DNA of 64,000 nt from Octopus vulgaris (taxonomy: Eukaryota), in assembly GCA_951406725.2 (NCBI GenBank), contig OX597831.1:30628001-30692000 (forward strand), in the 5' to 3' direction. Shown here one piece after another: positions 52,201 to 64,000 of the stretch. Made by a program: the position numbers and the translations under genes. Each line of letters starts with the position of its first letter. Position 1 is the stretch's first letter. The notes beneath the pieces were generated by a model. It did not search any database. It saw only the letters and a program-made list of their open reading frames with translations, and was not told where the DNA came from.

Positions 52201-54079
52201 ATACAGGATGGTCAAGGACGATATGTGTTTTGTCAGAGAAATGCCCAATCACAGGTGATCGATCAGAGTTGACCTGGCTTTAAACAACGATATCATTATA
52301 TACGTATCATGTTGAAGGAGTCGTTGAATAAGCGGGAAACGGTTCACAGACTACGTGACAGTTTCGATTTCTTGCCGAAGCATTCACGCTCTTGTTATGC
52401 CTACGAGCATTTCATATGTGTGTGTGTGTGTGTATGAGATTATTTTTGTACACATCCGGTAGGTTTCCATATCAGGAATGTAGTAAGTTGAAAACGTTCA
52501 ATTAACTGAGATTTTCCTTGCGATTAGATAACAAAATATCCCTCGAGGGCTGTTTAAAAATTGAAACAATAAGCAAGGAATATAACTTCAGTCATATCCA
52601 CTAAAATGGACAATGTAGTGTATTTTGTTTTTAAAGTCAACTAGCGATTCTTTATCGCTGGGTGACACTTCCCTCACTTCCACTGTATCATCCTTTCTTC
52701 CTGTTTTTCTCACTGAATTTCATTCGTTCCTTTTATGCTTTCTTTTTCTCTTTCTATTTTTCAGTCACATATCGAATCCCCTCGTTCTTTAATCTTCATC
52801 ATTCACGTTCTTTATATTTTAATTTATAGTATTTAAAAAAAAAAAATTTATTCTTACTTTATTTCGTTAACTGTGTCTCATTTTCCCCTCCTCCATCTTT
52901 TTTCTCTTTACTTTATCATATGACCTTCAAATGTCCACTTGGCCATCGTTTCCCACCATCTTTCAAATTCTATTGAAATGTATTTATAACCTCCTGCAAC
53001 ACTTGTCATTTCTTCATCAATAAAGAGTCGTTCTTCAAACGATTATCTTTCCCCCCGTCCCGAACACACACACGCACACACACACACAAAGACAGGCCAA
53101 CCTACAGCTATCTTCCTCTCCTGTGTTTATTTCCATTTCAGCTATATTAAATTTTTCATCTGATTTTGTAAAAAATGCTCAGAGGAAAAGAAAGTCGGAA
53201 GCTGTAACCTTCATACATTTCCGGAGGTCATTTGAAGCGTGAGTGTAATAACACGGCTGCAAATGCAAGCGAGAAGCGAAATCGTGTGCCGCCACTAGAA
53301 TTTCCGACCGCTTTTGACTTTGTTTATCAGAATTTCTCCAATTTGCAACATTGTATCAAATGTGTTGAATGGAGCTGAAGAACTTAACTTTCAAATATAA
53401 AAAAAAAAGTTCCAGTTTACTTGATTACATGCAATATATTCTATCAGACAATTCAATAAAGAATCTTTCAAAATTATTTCCATTCCACTTGCATTGGAAC
53501 GAAAGCAAAAAAAAAAATGTATTTATTTATTTATTTTATTTTATTTTATTTTATTTTATTTATCGAAGATTTCAGTTCATTTGTCGATGTTGTAGCTTTC
53601 TGGTATTAAGATCGATTATATATCTAATTTTGGTCACCAGTAGCTGCATATTTCCTCAAGTAACTACTACACTGGTGCGGGAAATAAGAGTTATAGATCT
53701 CTTCTAAAAATGTATCGCTTGTAGGAGGTGCAAGAAGCTGCAGAAATGGCAAAATTTAGCTTTCCTGTCGTTCTAATTAGGTGTGTTAACATTCGGCTTT
53801 GATATAAAATAAGAGCTATCAGCTGGCATCAGCTGACATGGTATTAAAGTAACAATAGGAGAGGTGAATGTTTATAGTTTGTTTTCTGGCTGTTTAGGAT
53901 TAGTCAGCGTAAGACAAAGGCACTTAACATTCAACGGGACACTCTACACTGCTGCAAGATGGTACAATGTAGCAATGTAGCTTCTAACTTGAGGCAGTAA
54001 CAACAGCAGACTGAAAGTACAGTGCTTCATTGCTTTGGGATCACAAAGAACCCAGAAGAACAAGAACACATACAATTGC

Positions 54080-54152
<73 letters not shown>

Positions 54153-54154
<2 letters not shown>

Positions 54155-54500
54155 TGAATGTATTTTTCCCTTGTTAACACGAAAAAAATAGATAAATAGT
54201 TACCAGGTAGCAAAAAATCACACAAGTAAAGAGATTGTAAAGAGATTTTTAAAGATAGAAACTTTGAGTTTACGTGGAAATTTTTGTATAATATATGAAT
54301 AAATAAATGCAGTTTCACGCAGGTATAATTCAAATGTTTTTACTTCCGACACATGTTTCGAAGATTTCACTGATATTATTCAAAAGAATAAATGTTATAA
54401 AGCAATATAATCTTCTCTTTAGGGAAGTGAAGAAATGAAACATGTGTCGGAAGTAAAAGTATTTGAATTGTATCTGCGTTAAACTCCATTATTTATTTAT
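54153..54500 (-). mobile_element. Fold-back PLE-terminus-like module
   Basis: Imperfect ~60-bp inverted repeat 54300-54359 / 54437-54500, microsatellite flanks. Confidence 0.65.
54342..54428 (-). ncRNA. Type I hammerhead motif, G5A (probably inactive)
   Basis: acttcc CTAAAGA gaagatt...aatcttc GAAA catgtgt C ggaagt. Perfect 6-bp stem I and 7-bp stem II, GUC triplet. Confidence 0.7.
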
Positions 54501-54516
54501 ACACACACACACACAT

Positions 54517-54570
<54 letters not shown>

Positions 54571-54924
54571 GTTAGAATGTTGTCCAAGAGAAAAGCAAAG
54601 GCCATTAGAACTCGGTACCAGTGACGTCGCAAATCGTTTCTACAACGGACTGAACTAGAGCAGCGTGAAATAAAGTGTCTTGCTCAAGAACACAACGTTG
54701 AAGAGCGAGATTAGGAACGATGACCTTGTTCAAATGAGTCTATTATGAACATATAGTCTTCGTGAAGAAGAAGCTGCTCTCATTTGACTAAACACAGGAA
54801 CGCAACAGCGATTAGCATAGTTGCGTTCGAATCTACGAAATGTGTTAAGAATAAATATGTAAGTCATGTCATATATATGTGTGTATCTGCGTGCGTATAT
54901 GTGTGTGTGTATGTATATAATATG

Positions 54925-54999
<75 letters not shown>

Positions 55000-57138
55000 T
55001 AATCAGCCGAGGTTTGCGAGGATGGTCCAGTTCTTGACTGAAGATTGAAGGCTTCGAATGTCCCGTCCGTGTTTTTTGTATCGTCTTCTAAATGTTTTGC
55101 GTTCTTGTCCCAGGTTGTATTTTTTTACATATATATATATATATATATCCTTTTAGTGCCAAATGTAATTGTTTCCTCTGCTTTACTTCTCCGGAAAGCA
55201 AAAGTTCTTTAAAAAGCAGGAGTACTGCAAAACTAATGAGTGTTTTTTATTGGTTTTCCAAGTTTTGCTAATGGCATGAAGTATCAAAATTACACACACA
55301 CACCACACACATTTACCATAACTGTACCCACTATTACTAGTCTCAAATGAACGTAGCGACTTTTTACCAAATATGTAAATTCCAGTGGAACGTTTCATAC
55401 TTAAGAAAAAATACTGGCGTTTTTGACATTAAAGAAATGACTGCATCACGAAACTGAAGCTTTCAATTTTAGTTTAATATTCACTTTTTTTACTTTGTTT
55501 TGGCTTTTTCATGTATTTTATTTTCGTATGTTTTATTTTCTTCACATACAATATGTAATAACTTTTTTTCTCCCATTTCCGTACATAAATATAGTAAAAA
55601 GTTTAATATTCAAGAAATATATATGTGTTGTATAGTAACCTGCGGCTATTTTTTTTTTTTTGTTCTTTTGGTTTTTTTCATGTTCTTTACTGTATTGAAG
55701 AATCTATTCTCTCAGTGCATTTATATGTTCGAGTGTAGTAGATTTCACTTAGCTATTGTAATCAGGAATATATGAGGGTCAAATATTGTGTTTATTCCCA
55801 AAGTATGATGTGGTGAATATTGCGGCTATAGGGTACAAGCATATTTATTGTCGTTCAAGAATTTGGACCTGGAGATCTCCATTTCCAGCGACTTCGAGGG
55901 CCACATCCCAGTGGTATCGGGCGTCAACGAAGAGCCCTCGACTACAAGACTACCAAAGTTGTTTTTTTTTCCAAGGTCTGGGGTCACCCGCCCCTAAGCC
56001 CTAGACCATCACCTAATCACCCTTATCCGTCTTGTTGCTTAACAACAACAACAACAACAACAGCATATTTCTACAGGGTGTTGTATTTCTGTGTGTTGTA
56101 GGATTTCACATCGCAACTACGCCATTTCAAATTCTAATCGCGCTGCCTGGGCACCTTGGGCAAGTGTTTTATACAACAGTTTCAAGTCGCTCAAAGCTTA
56201 TGAGAAAAATTTCGTAGAAAAAAGTAAAAAAAAACTGAGGAAGTCTATGTAGTCGCTTCTGTTCCTGTCTTGTAGATATTTATTTCGTTGTATTTACACT
56301 AGGTTTCCTATCGATCCAAAGATAACACCCTCACTTCCGCCCACAAATCTTTGGAGGCTTGGAAAAGGGTGATGCTCACTGCCCTTCCCCTTTGACCAAA
56401 CCAATAAACGAAGTACAAGCCCTCATCTGGTTGCAGTTTTTAGAAACCCTGCTCATGAGAAACAGGTTAGGAAAATTGTATTCCGCTGTGATCTTTACGG
56501 TAGACTGTGTCGTAGGAAATTCTAATGAATTAGAGCGCATACGTCATTGGTAATCGGCAGCATACGAACTACCAACATTCTGATTCGTAGCCTCTAATTT
56601 TCTACAATGTTGACTATTCCCTATAACTCCTGTAATTCAGTACTAAATATGAAGCACTGGAGAGATGTATTTAGTTATCTTCTCCAGGCAGCTATTGAAA
56701 CCCGTGAAGTTTAATTGAATGATAAATTGAAGCGATAAAGGTCAAATCGCCCTGAAACCTATAGACTGTGTAGTGAAGGAAACTTAGTCTCGTCAGAATT
56801 CAAAACAGAATTCACGATTTGTCTTATTATAATTCTTCCAATATTCAGCGGTGCTTCCTTTACATTTTTCTTTTTGTTTTGAAAATAGAGATAGTTTCTT
56901 ATAAAACTGAAGTAAAAAATTCCTCCGGGGAAGTTAGAATATGACTGTGTGACAATCTAAATATGTTAAATAGAGTAAGACTGTGTGAGGGCTTAGGGAT
57001 ATTAAAGGGTTTTAATGAAAATTGGAAGGAATAAGACTGTGAATGTGTTAGGATATAGAGATTTTAAGGATAATACAAGAAATACGATTGTGTGTGGTTC
57101 AATTATATTAGTGTCGTTAATATACTAGAAATAACTAA

Positions 57139-57330
57139 GGCGGCGAACTGGCAGAATCGTTAGTACGACATTTCGCTCATCTTTACGTTCTGAGTTCAAA
57201 TTCCGCCGAGGTCTGCTTTGCCGTTCATCCTTTCGGGACCAATAAAATAAGTACTAGCTGAGCACTAGGGTCGGTGTAATCGACTTAACCCACCACCAAA
57301 ATTGCAGGCCTTGAGACAAAATTTTTAACC
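57139..57330 (+). mobile_element. SINE family A-related copy
   Basis: ggcggcgaactggcagaatcgttag...gagttcaaattccgccgagg... Confidence 0.75.
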
Positions 57331-59488
57331 TATATGTTAGAAGGAATTACACTGTGAGAGACACTGTAATGATATTAAGTATTTTGACGAGGGGAATGTG
57401 TTCTGATCTGTAATTTGATGCTCCACCGAATTTCTAGGTCTCATATGCCTTGTAGAACATGCATTAAGAATACTGGTTTACTTTCTGGCTTAAAATGTCG
57501 AAGTGCCAAAATCGTTATCGTGTCAGATATAATGTTGATTTATGCTGATTTTAATTTTGCCCTTAATCCCCAGTAGTGGAGTCGGTTCTCTATCACTTAC
57601 TCTTATATTGTGCACTAGTTCGGCCTGAGAAATATATTAAAGATGCGCGTGCCTGCTGAATGCTAGGCCGCTTGCGTGATAAAGAATGCACATCGTCGGG
57701 ACTGACGGAGAGTCTACCAAACCGTTTGGTTTAGACCTCTGTTCAATTAACTACTCGTATGTTTGAGATGAGCAAGAAAATATGAAGGTCATTACATATT
57801 CATACCTTTTTCTAATATTGTCGCTTAGCTCAATCAAGGTCATTCTTGATTAAACACACATATAATGAAAGTTCCTTCAGCCATGACCATCCCACCTTGT
57901 TTGGTCGACGTAGGACAACATTATATAACGTATCTTTTAAGATAGTAGCTTGTGTGATTTGCTTGAGTTATTGGTTGCATTTTCGAGCAGGCTGAGCAAC
58001 CAGATAGAAGCGCCTTCGTCGGCCCATATCTCTTTTTTCTTTTATCTCTCATTGGTAAGATTGACGTTACGAAAGGTGAAATTCTTTTATCGGGATCGAA
58101 ACATTGTGACAGTACACATAGCTCCAAAATCTTACCTCCCGCTCTTTCGTGATGTTCACCCATCAGTTTATTCAGCTGAAATATCGATTAGGATGTATGA
58201 GGAATATTACGTAGTTGGAACGACCCAGTCTGAAGATAAGCGAGCTCTGAATAGCTGCAGCTCGTTGAGGAATATTGATTATTTAAGGAGAGGAGAACTA
58301 TGATTTACAATGAAATGTTAGCACACAGTGAATTTATTACAGATATCTAAAAGGTTGTGAAATAACGGAGTTAATATGACTGTCTTGACATAGCATTATA
58401 CACATTCTGCTACTGGAATGTTATATCAACTCTGTGATTATCTGTAGCTACGTGTCATTGTTTATGAGTGAGTGTGCGAATGTATAGATACATACACTCA
58501 CATACACATTATATATATATATGTGTGTGTGTGTGCACGTGTGTGTGCATGTATATATGTGTGTGTGTGTATATATATATTATTTAAATAATATGTATAT
58601 AGGAGGATTTTATGTATGCATTGTATATATTATATAATATATTGTATATTATATATTATATATATTTAGAGAGGAAGAGAGAGAGGGAGAGAGAAAGCGA
58701 GAGAGAAGGTAAGTGAAGCAAATATATTTACATTATTCACGGGTGTATGAAACTCCTATTATGTATATGTGTGTGTGTGTGTGTGTGCGTGCGCGTGTGT
58801 GTGTGTGTGTGTACACGTATATATATATGTGTGTGTGTGTGTGTGTGCATATATATATGAATGTATGTACTTATGTCCGTCCGTCTGTCAGTCTGTATGT
58901 ATGTATGTTCGTGTCTATGCATATATGTAAATGTGTCAAATACTAAGAACCTTAGCTTTTATATAGATTTGTGCGTATATTACTATTTTGGTAACATTGA
59001 AAGAAATTTTTTTCGTTTAGAAAATAAGTGAAGCATCATCATCATCATCGTCGTCATTATTACCACCACCACCACCACCATCAACATCACCACCATCATC
59101 ATCATCATCATCATCATCAACTGCATCATTATCCTCATTAACATATATAATTTGGCTAATGGCAGATTTGGCAATGCGCCGTATTAAATAGCAGGGGTTG
59201 ATATAATACTCGCCTTACTCTTCATCACCAAAGCCTGTTACATCGTATCTATGATATAAATCATTATCACAAACTGCAGATATTGGCAGAAGTTTTAAAA
59301 TGGTGCACTTATAGCTTTTCGGCATTACTCAACATCGTAATACACTGTGAGTTCAAATCACGCCCAGTTTGACTTTGTCGTGCACCACCGCTCTGGGATT
59401 CAATAAGATATTTGTCAATCATATTAATTAACTAAGTATGCCTTTATAAAAGTCATAACTGTCATGTCTGTGTTGTTCTTATCTTTTA

Positions 59489-59870
59489 CTAGCAGTATCG
59501 CCCGGCGTTGCTCGGGTTTGTTTCGACCCTTTAGAATTGGCATTTTTGAAAAGTAAAAATTTGGCATTATGTAGCTTGTTTTTTTCTTTAAGTGAACATT
59601 TTTCTGGTTGAAAATGGCGACAAAGCAGTCAAAAAATCGTAAAAGATAGGGATTTTCATAGAAAAAAAAGCACCTTTTTGATGTAAATAATTTTTGGTGT
59701 TAACATGGTCCGATTTGAATTTTTTCTTCTACGGAAGTAAGAGCAAGCCTTCTTCTATCATACTCTCAATTTTGGTCAACTTGCGCTGCAGGATCTCTGA
59801 GGAGATAGTGTTAGTTGAGGGCTACCAAACCTGCCATACACAGACAACTTCAGCTTTATATATAGAGAGA
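59489..59870 (-). mobile_element. Complete non-autonomous Helitron (382 bp)
   Basis: Minus strand A|TCtctctatatataaagc ... cccgagcaacgccggg cgatactg CTAG|T: canonical TC start, 3' hairpin, CTAG end, AT target. Confidence 0.85.
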
Positions 59871-60614
59871 TTAATAAGGCTTAATAATTCGGCGCGGGCA
59901 TGACTGTGTAGCATTTCGTGAGTAAGAAATCATTTAGTTGAACAACAGGATGTTCATCCTCGGGACCAACTGAGAACCACCATAAATGTGAATTGGAAAA
60001 TCAGTCAAACCTTGGATTTAATACCAGCAGATACGTAACTGTATCCTTATGCGTCTGTGTTTGAATCCCGCTGAACCCAGCTTTGATATTCGACCTTCCA
60101 GAGTCGCTTAACTGAGGACCAATAAAATCGACAATATCGCTCCTCCTCAAAAATATGTTATTTTATGGGTATATTCGAAATCAACATAGATCAGGACAAA
60201 ATGACAGAATCGTTAGCACGCCGGGCAAGATACGTTCTGAAGTCAAAGTACGACGAGGTAGACTTTGCCTTTCATCCTTTCGGAGTCGATAGAATAAGTA
60301 CCAGGTGGGCACTGGAGTCGATGTAACCGACTTACGCAACCCACCCCAGGAACATGCTGACCTTCTACCAGAATTTGAATCCAGAATTATGTGTATAGAC
60401 GTGAAGACGGCATATATGTAGGCATATATCCGACGGGCTGTTTTCAGTGTCTTTCTACCAAATCCACTCACAACGCTTTGTTCGACCCGCAGCTATAATA
60501 AAAGATACTTGCCCTAGATACCACGCAGTAGGACTTCTTACCACACATCCATGTCTATGCCTATATATGTATATATTTATACATACATATATATATATAT
60601 ACATACATACATAT

Positions 60615-60646
<32 letters not shown>

Positions 60647-60743
60647 GTTAATCCAAACAAGAAAACACAGAAAAAAACACAGCAACGCGAGGACGTGGAA
60701 CAATTAAAGTATTATTTGACGCTCAGGAAAGAAGGGAAGGAGG

Positions 60744-60778
60744 GTTTAACGTTTCGAGCGGAGCTCTTCGTCGGAAAC
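60744..60778 (-). ncRNA. Minimal type I hammerhead motif (U4C variant)
   Basis: gttt CCGACGAA gagc-tcc-gctc GAAA cgt T aaac, in an ~210-bp module (60647-60858) between (AT)n tracts. Confidence 0.7.
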
Positions 60779-61068
60779 AAGGAGAAGGAAAGATCCCAAG
60801 AAGGGAAGACAGAGGAAAAAATATTTTTGCTGGTGGTGCTCAAGAGATCACATGTTGATATATATATTTATATATTTATATATATACATAATTATTAGCA
60901 ACAGAAGTAGTTTTGTTACCAAGTGACAACTTAATGTGGATTTATTGTTACAGCGTCGAATGCTGCGTTATTTACTTTGAGAGGACCTCTGATATGGAGT
61001 GTGGTGCATAAAAGTACACATATTTATATCTCTTGAAGAAAGCATCATCTGCAATCAGTGCCGGAAAT

Positions 61069-61112
61069 GTCTGATCACGTAATTTCAGCGTGCCTCGTCT
61101 CCTCAGTGGAAG
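61069..61112 (-). ncRNA. Degenerate hammerhead motif
   Basis: cca CTGAGGA gacgaggcacgct GAAA ttac-gtga TC. Homologous to 13331-13372 and 13625-13660; stem I poor. Confidence 0.45.
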
Positions 61113-61379
61113 ACGTCCGACAATCGAATACTAGTCAGCTGAAATTATATCGCTGTCAGTGAGATTTCACTGGTACGAGGCTACCAGACGTCTGACAATA
61201 TATAGAAATTAAGCTGAATATAAAGATTGTCATACACACACACACACATATGTATGTGTGTATGTATGTTTGTATATTTCAGATTCGGAGATGTGTATAT
61301 AGGACAGAGCGAGAGAGCGAGAGAACGAGAGAGAGACAGACAGACAGACAGAAAGAGAGAGAGAGAGTGAGAGTTGACA

Positions 61380-62012
61380 ACTATTACTATAGTGGCCACC
61401 TCGTCGATTCTTTGATTGTATCGCTACTGACGATGTTGGTACTATTGTTAATGTCTCTGCTGTTATTGTTCCTGTCGTTACGACTACCATTCCCGCTACT
61501 GTTGCAATCGCTGTTGGTGCTAATCTCCCTATTGTTATAATATTACTGTTTGTAACCACTGCTGCTTCCGCTGTTGTAACATTTGCTGGATTTACTACCG
61601 TTGCTATTGCTATTTTACTTGCTGTTGCTATTAGTATTGCAAATGTTGTTGCTATTGATGCTGTTGTTACTGTTGGAGCCGTTGTTGTTTGTTATTGCTA
61701 ACCTGTATGGTGAATAAAGAAATAGTTGTTTGTTATTGCTTCTGATGTTACTATTGTTGCGCGTGTTGCTATAACTACTGTTCTCGTTGATTTTGTTATT
61801 TGCTGTTGGTGTTATTGTCGATGCAGTTGTTATTATTGTTGTAATCATCATCACCCTCATCATCATCATCACCCTCATCATCATCATCATCATCATCATA
61901 ACCATTGTCCTCCTCCCCTCCGCCTTCTTTCTTCTCCCCCTCGTCATCACCATCCACCTCCTCATCACAATCCCCTTCCTCATCATCACCATCCTCCTCG
62001 TCACCATTCTTC

Positions 62013-62051
<39 letters not shown>

Positions 62052-62249
62052 CTATCACCATTATCCTCCTCCTCTTTTCCTACTACGACTACTACTACCA
62101 CCACCACCACTCCACCACCACCACTCCACCCCCCACCTACACCCCCACCACTACTACTACTACCTTTTACTAGAACTATTGTTATTAGCTCTACTATTAT
62201 CATTATCTTTATCATTATCATTATTTTCATTATTATTATTATTATTATA

Positions 62250-62280
<31 letters not shown>

Positions 62281-62285
62281 TGCTT
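61380..62285. repeat. Degenerate trinucleotide low-complexity tract
   Basis: Mosaic of (TGT/TGC/TAT), (CAT), (CCT), (CAC) and (TAT) runs. Confidence 0.9.
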
Positions 62286-62682
62286 TATGTGTAAACCAGC
62301 AGTATTGCTCACATTGTCCTCTCCATTATTTGCTCGTTTCTCCTAGGTTCTATAAATATCCCAGCTTTTCACAATAACTGTTAAATATCCATCAAATATC
62401 TCATACAACTAATTATCCTTGACTTCATATCGTATTTATTATAACCAGCGTTAATTAGATTTGGCAAGTCTACAATGTGTTGTTTTTTTTATTTCATATT
62501 TTTTTCTTATCTTTGTTTATGTTTTGTTACCTTTCCTTTTTTATTCGTAATTAAATTCAACTTTGCTTCACGTACGTTGAAAGTTTCTCTCTTAGAAGAA
62601 TTTGCTGACCTTCGGCCAACTCAGTGGTATTACTGAAGTTGTCAGTTATCTGTGTGCGTGTGTGCGTACAGTCATGCATAAA

Positions 62683-62740
<58 letters not shown>

Positions 62741-62842
62741 GCATATATATATATACATATCTATGGATATATATATATACATATACATATATATGTATAT
62801 ATATATATAATATATATATTTATGTATATATATATATATTTA

Positions 62843-62888
<46 letters not shown>

Positions 62889-62892
62889 TATG

Positions 62893-62946
<54 letters not shown>

Positions 62947-63088
62947 GCGTAAGCGCATATATTAATTTTACGTGCATGCAAACATATACACATTCACAAA
63001 TATATTCATATATATATACCTACATACATGTACATACAAATGAATATATGTACACATATATACACAGATGTATATATATATATATATG

Positions 63089-63126
<38 letters not shown>

Positions 63127-64000
63127 TATATATATATATATACGCATATATATATATGTGTATATAGACATTATATATGCATAAATTTGTGTGTGTGTGT
63201 GTATGTGTATAGAAAGATAGATATATACATATACATGTGCATGTATATTTATATGTATATATATATGAGGAGAGAAAGAGAGAGAGAGAAAGAGAGAGAG
63301 AGATGGGCATGTATATGTGTTTATATTGGTTTGAGCGGTAAGGTATATTTAGAGAGTAACTAACTGCAAATACTTTATAGCCTAAGAGTACATAAATTGT
63401 CTACTGAATACCAATGTTTTCTAAAATACCTAGAGGAATCGAGACATTAACATGCAGATGACCCACATTATAACTTTTACAGTAGTGCCTGAATATTGTA
63501 TTAACCTTTGGTGCGCTCCTCTTGACGCGTCTGTCGTTTCTGTCTCATTAACCCAACAAAATACACGCTGGCTACTCACCACGACTCCCGATGCAGTTTA
63601 TGGGTTATGCGTTGTATTGACTGCTCCACACGATATCCCACGCAATACTAACCTTCAGCAATATAATCTGAATAATGCACACGCACACATACACACTAAT
63701 GACAACTGGAAAGGGAGATAACCACAAGAATCAAGATTTCTTCAAAGTTGATATACCATTAAGGAGAAGGGCAAGCTTATTGTATGGAGGAAAAAGTACA
63801 TGTGAGAACACGTGTTTCTGGCACAGTAGCCGTCGTCTGCACAGCATTTGCTTAGCTATATCTACAGTGCTCAAGAGACTTCTATAAAAAAAGAAGTAAT
63901 TTAAAATACTACGTACAGGAATGCATACATATATGCTTAATATGTATGCATTGCCCCGCAGATGAGAATATTCCCTTCCAAATTCAGTGAGGATAATGAG

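Noticed and set aside
55035-55070. ctgaaga...gaat in an (AT)n-flanked island
   Set aside because: Stems could not be formed convincingly, though it may be a decayed module.
61615-62294. His/Pro-rich and acidic ORFs
   Set aside because: Low-complexity trinucleotide tract.

Overview
AT-rich, microsatellite-saturated animal DNA with no host protein-coding exon I can recognise. Nearly all ORFs in the track are (AT)n/(CA)n/trinucleotide artefacts or read through SINEs. The repeat repertoire looks like an octopus (cephalopod) intergenic or intronic region; this is inference from recognising the repeats. Contents: many tRNA-headed SINEs of several modular families, LINE 3' remnants (Dong/R4, RTE, CR1-like), three Penelope-like (PLE) ORF remnants, mariner, DD37D-like and hAT DNA transposons, two Helitrons and a U6 snRNA retrocopy. 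The main signal is about a dozen minimal type I hammerhead ribozyme motifs. Many lie in short, sequence-diverse modules inserted in (AT)n tracts, several of them fold-back. One motif carries a compensatory G3-C8 core swap, one lies in a perfect 80-bp palindrome, and one sits downstream of a tRNA-like Pol III cassette in a PLE terminus. Other highlights are a U6-SINE chimera and SINE concatemers that always restart at the same internal position. All folds and translations were done by eye, and the boundaries of degenerate elements are approximate.
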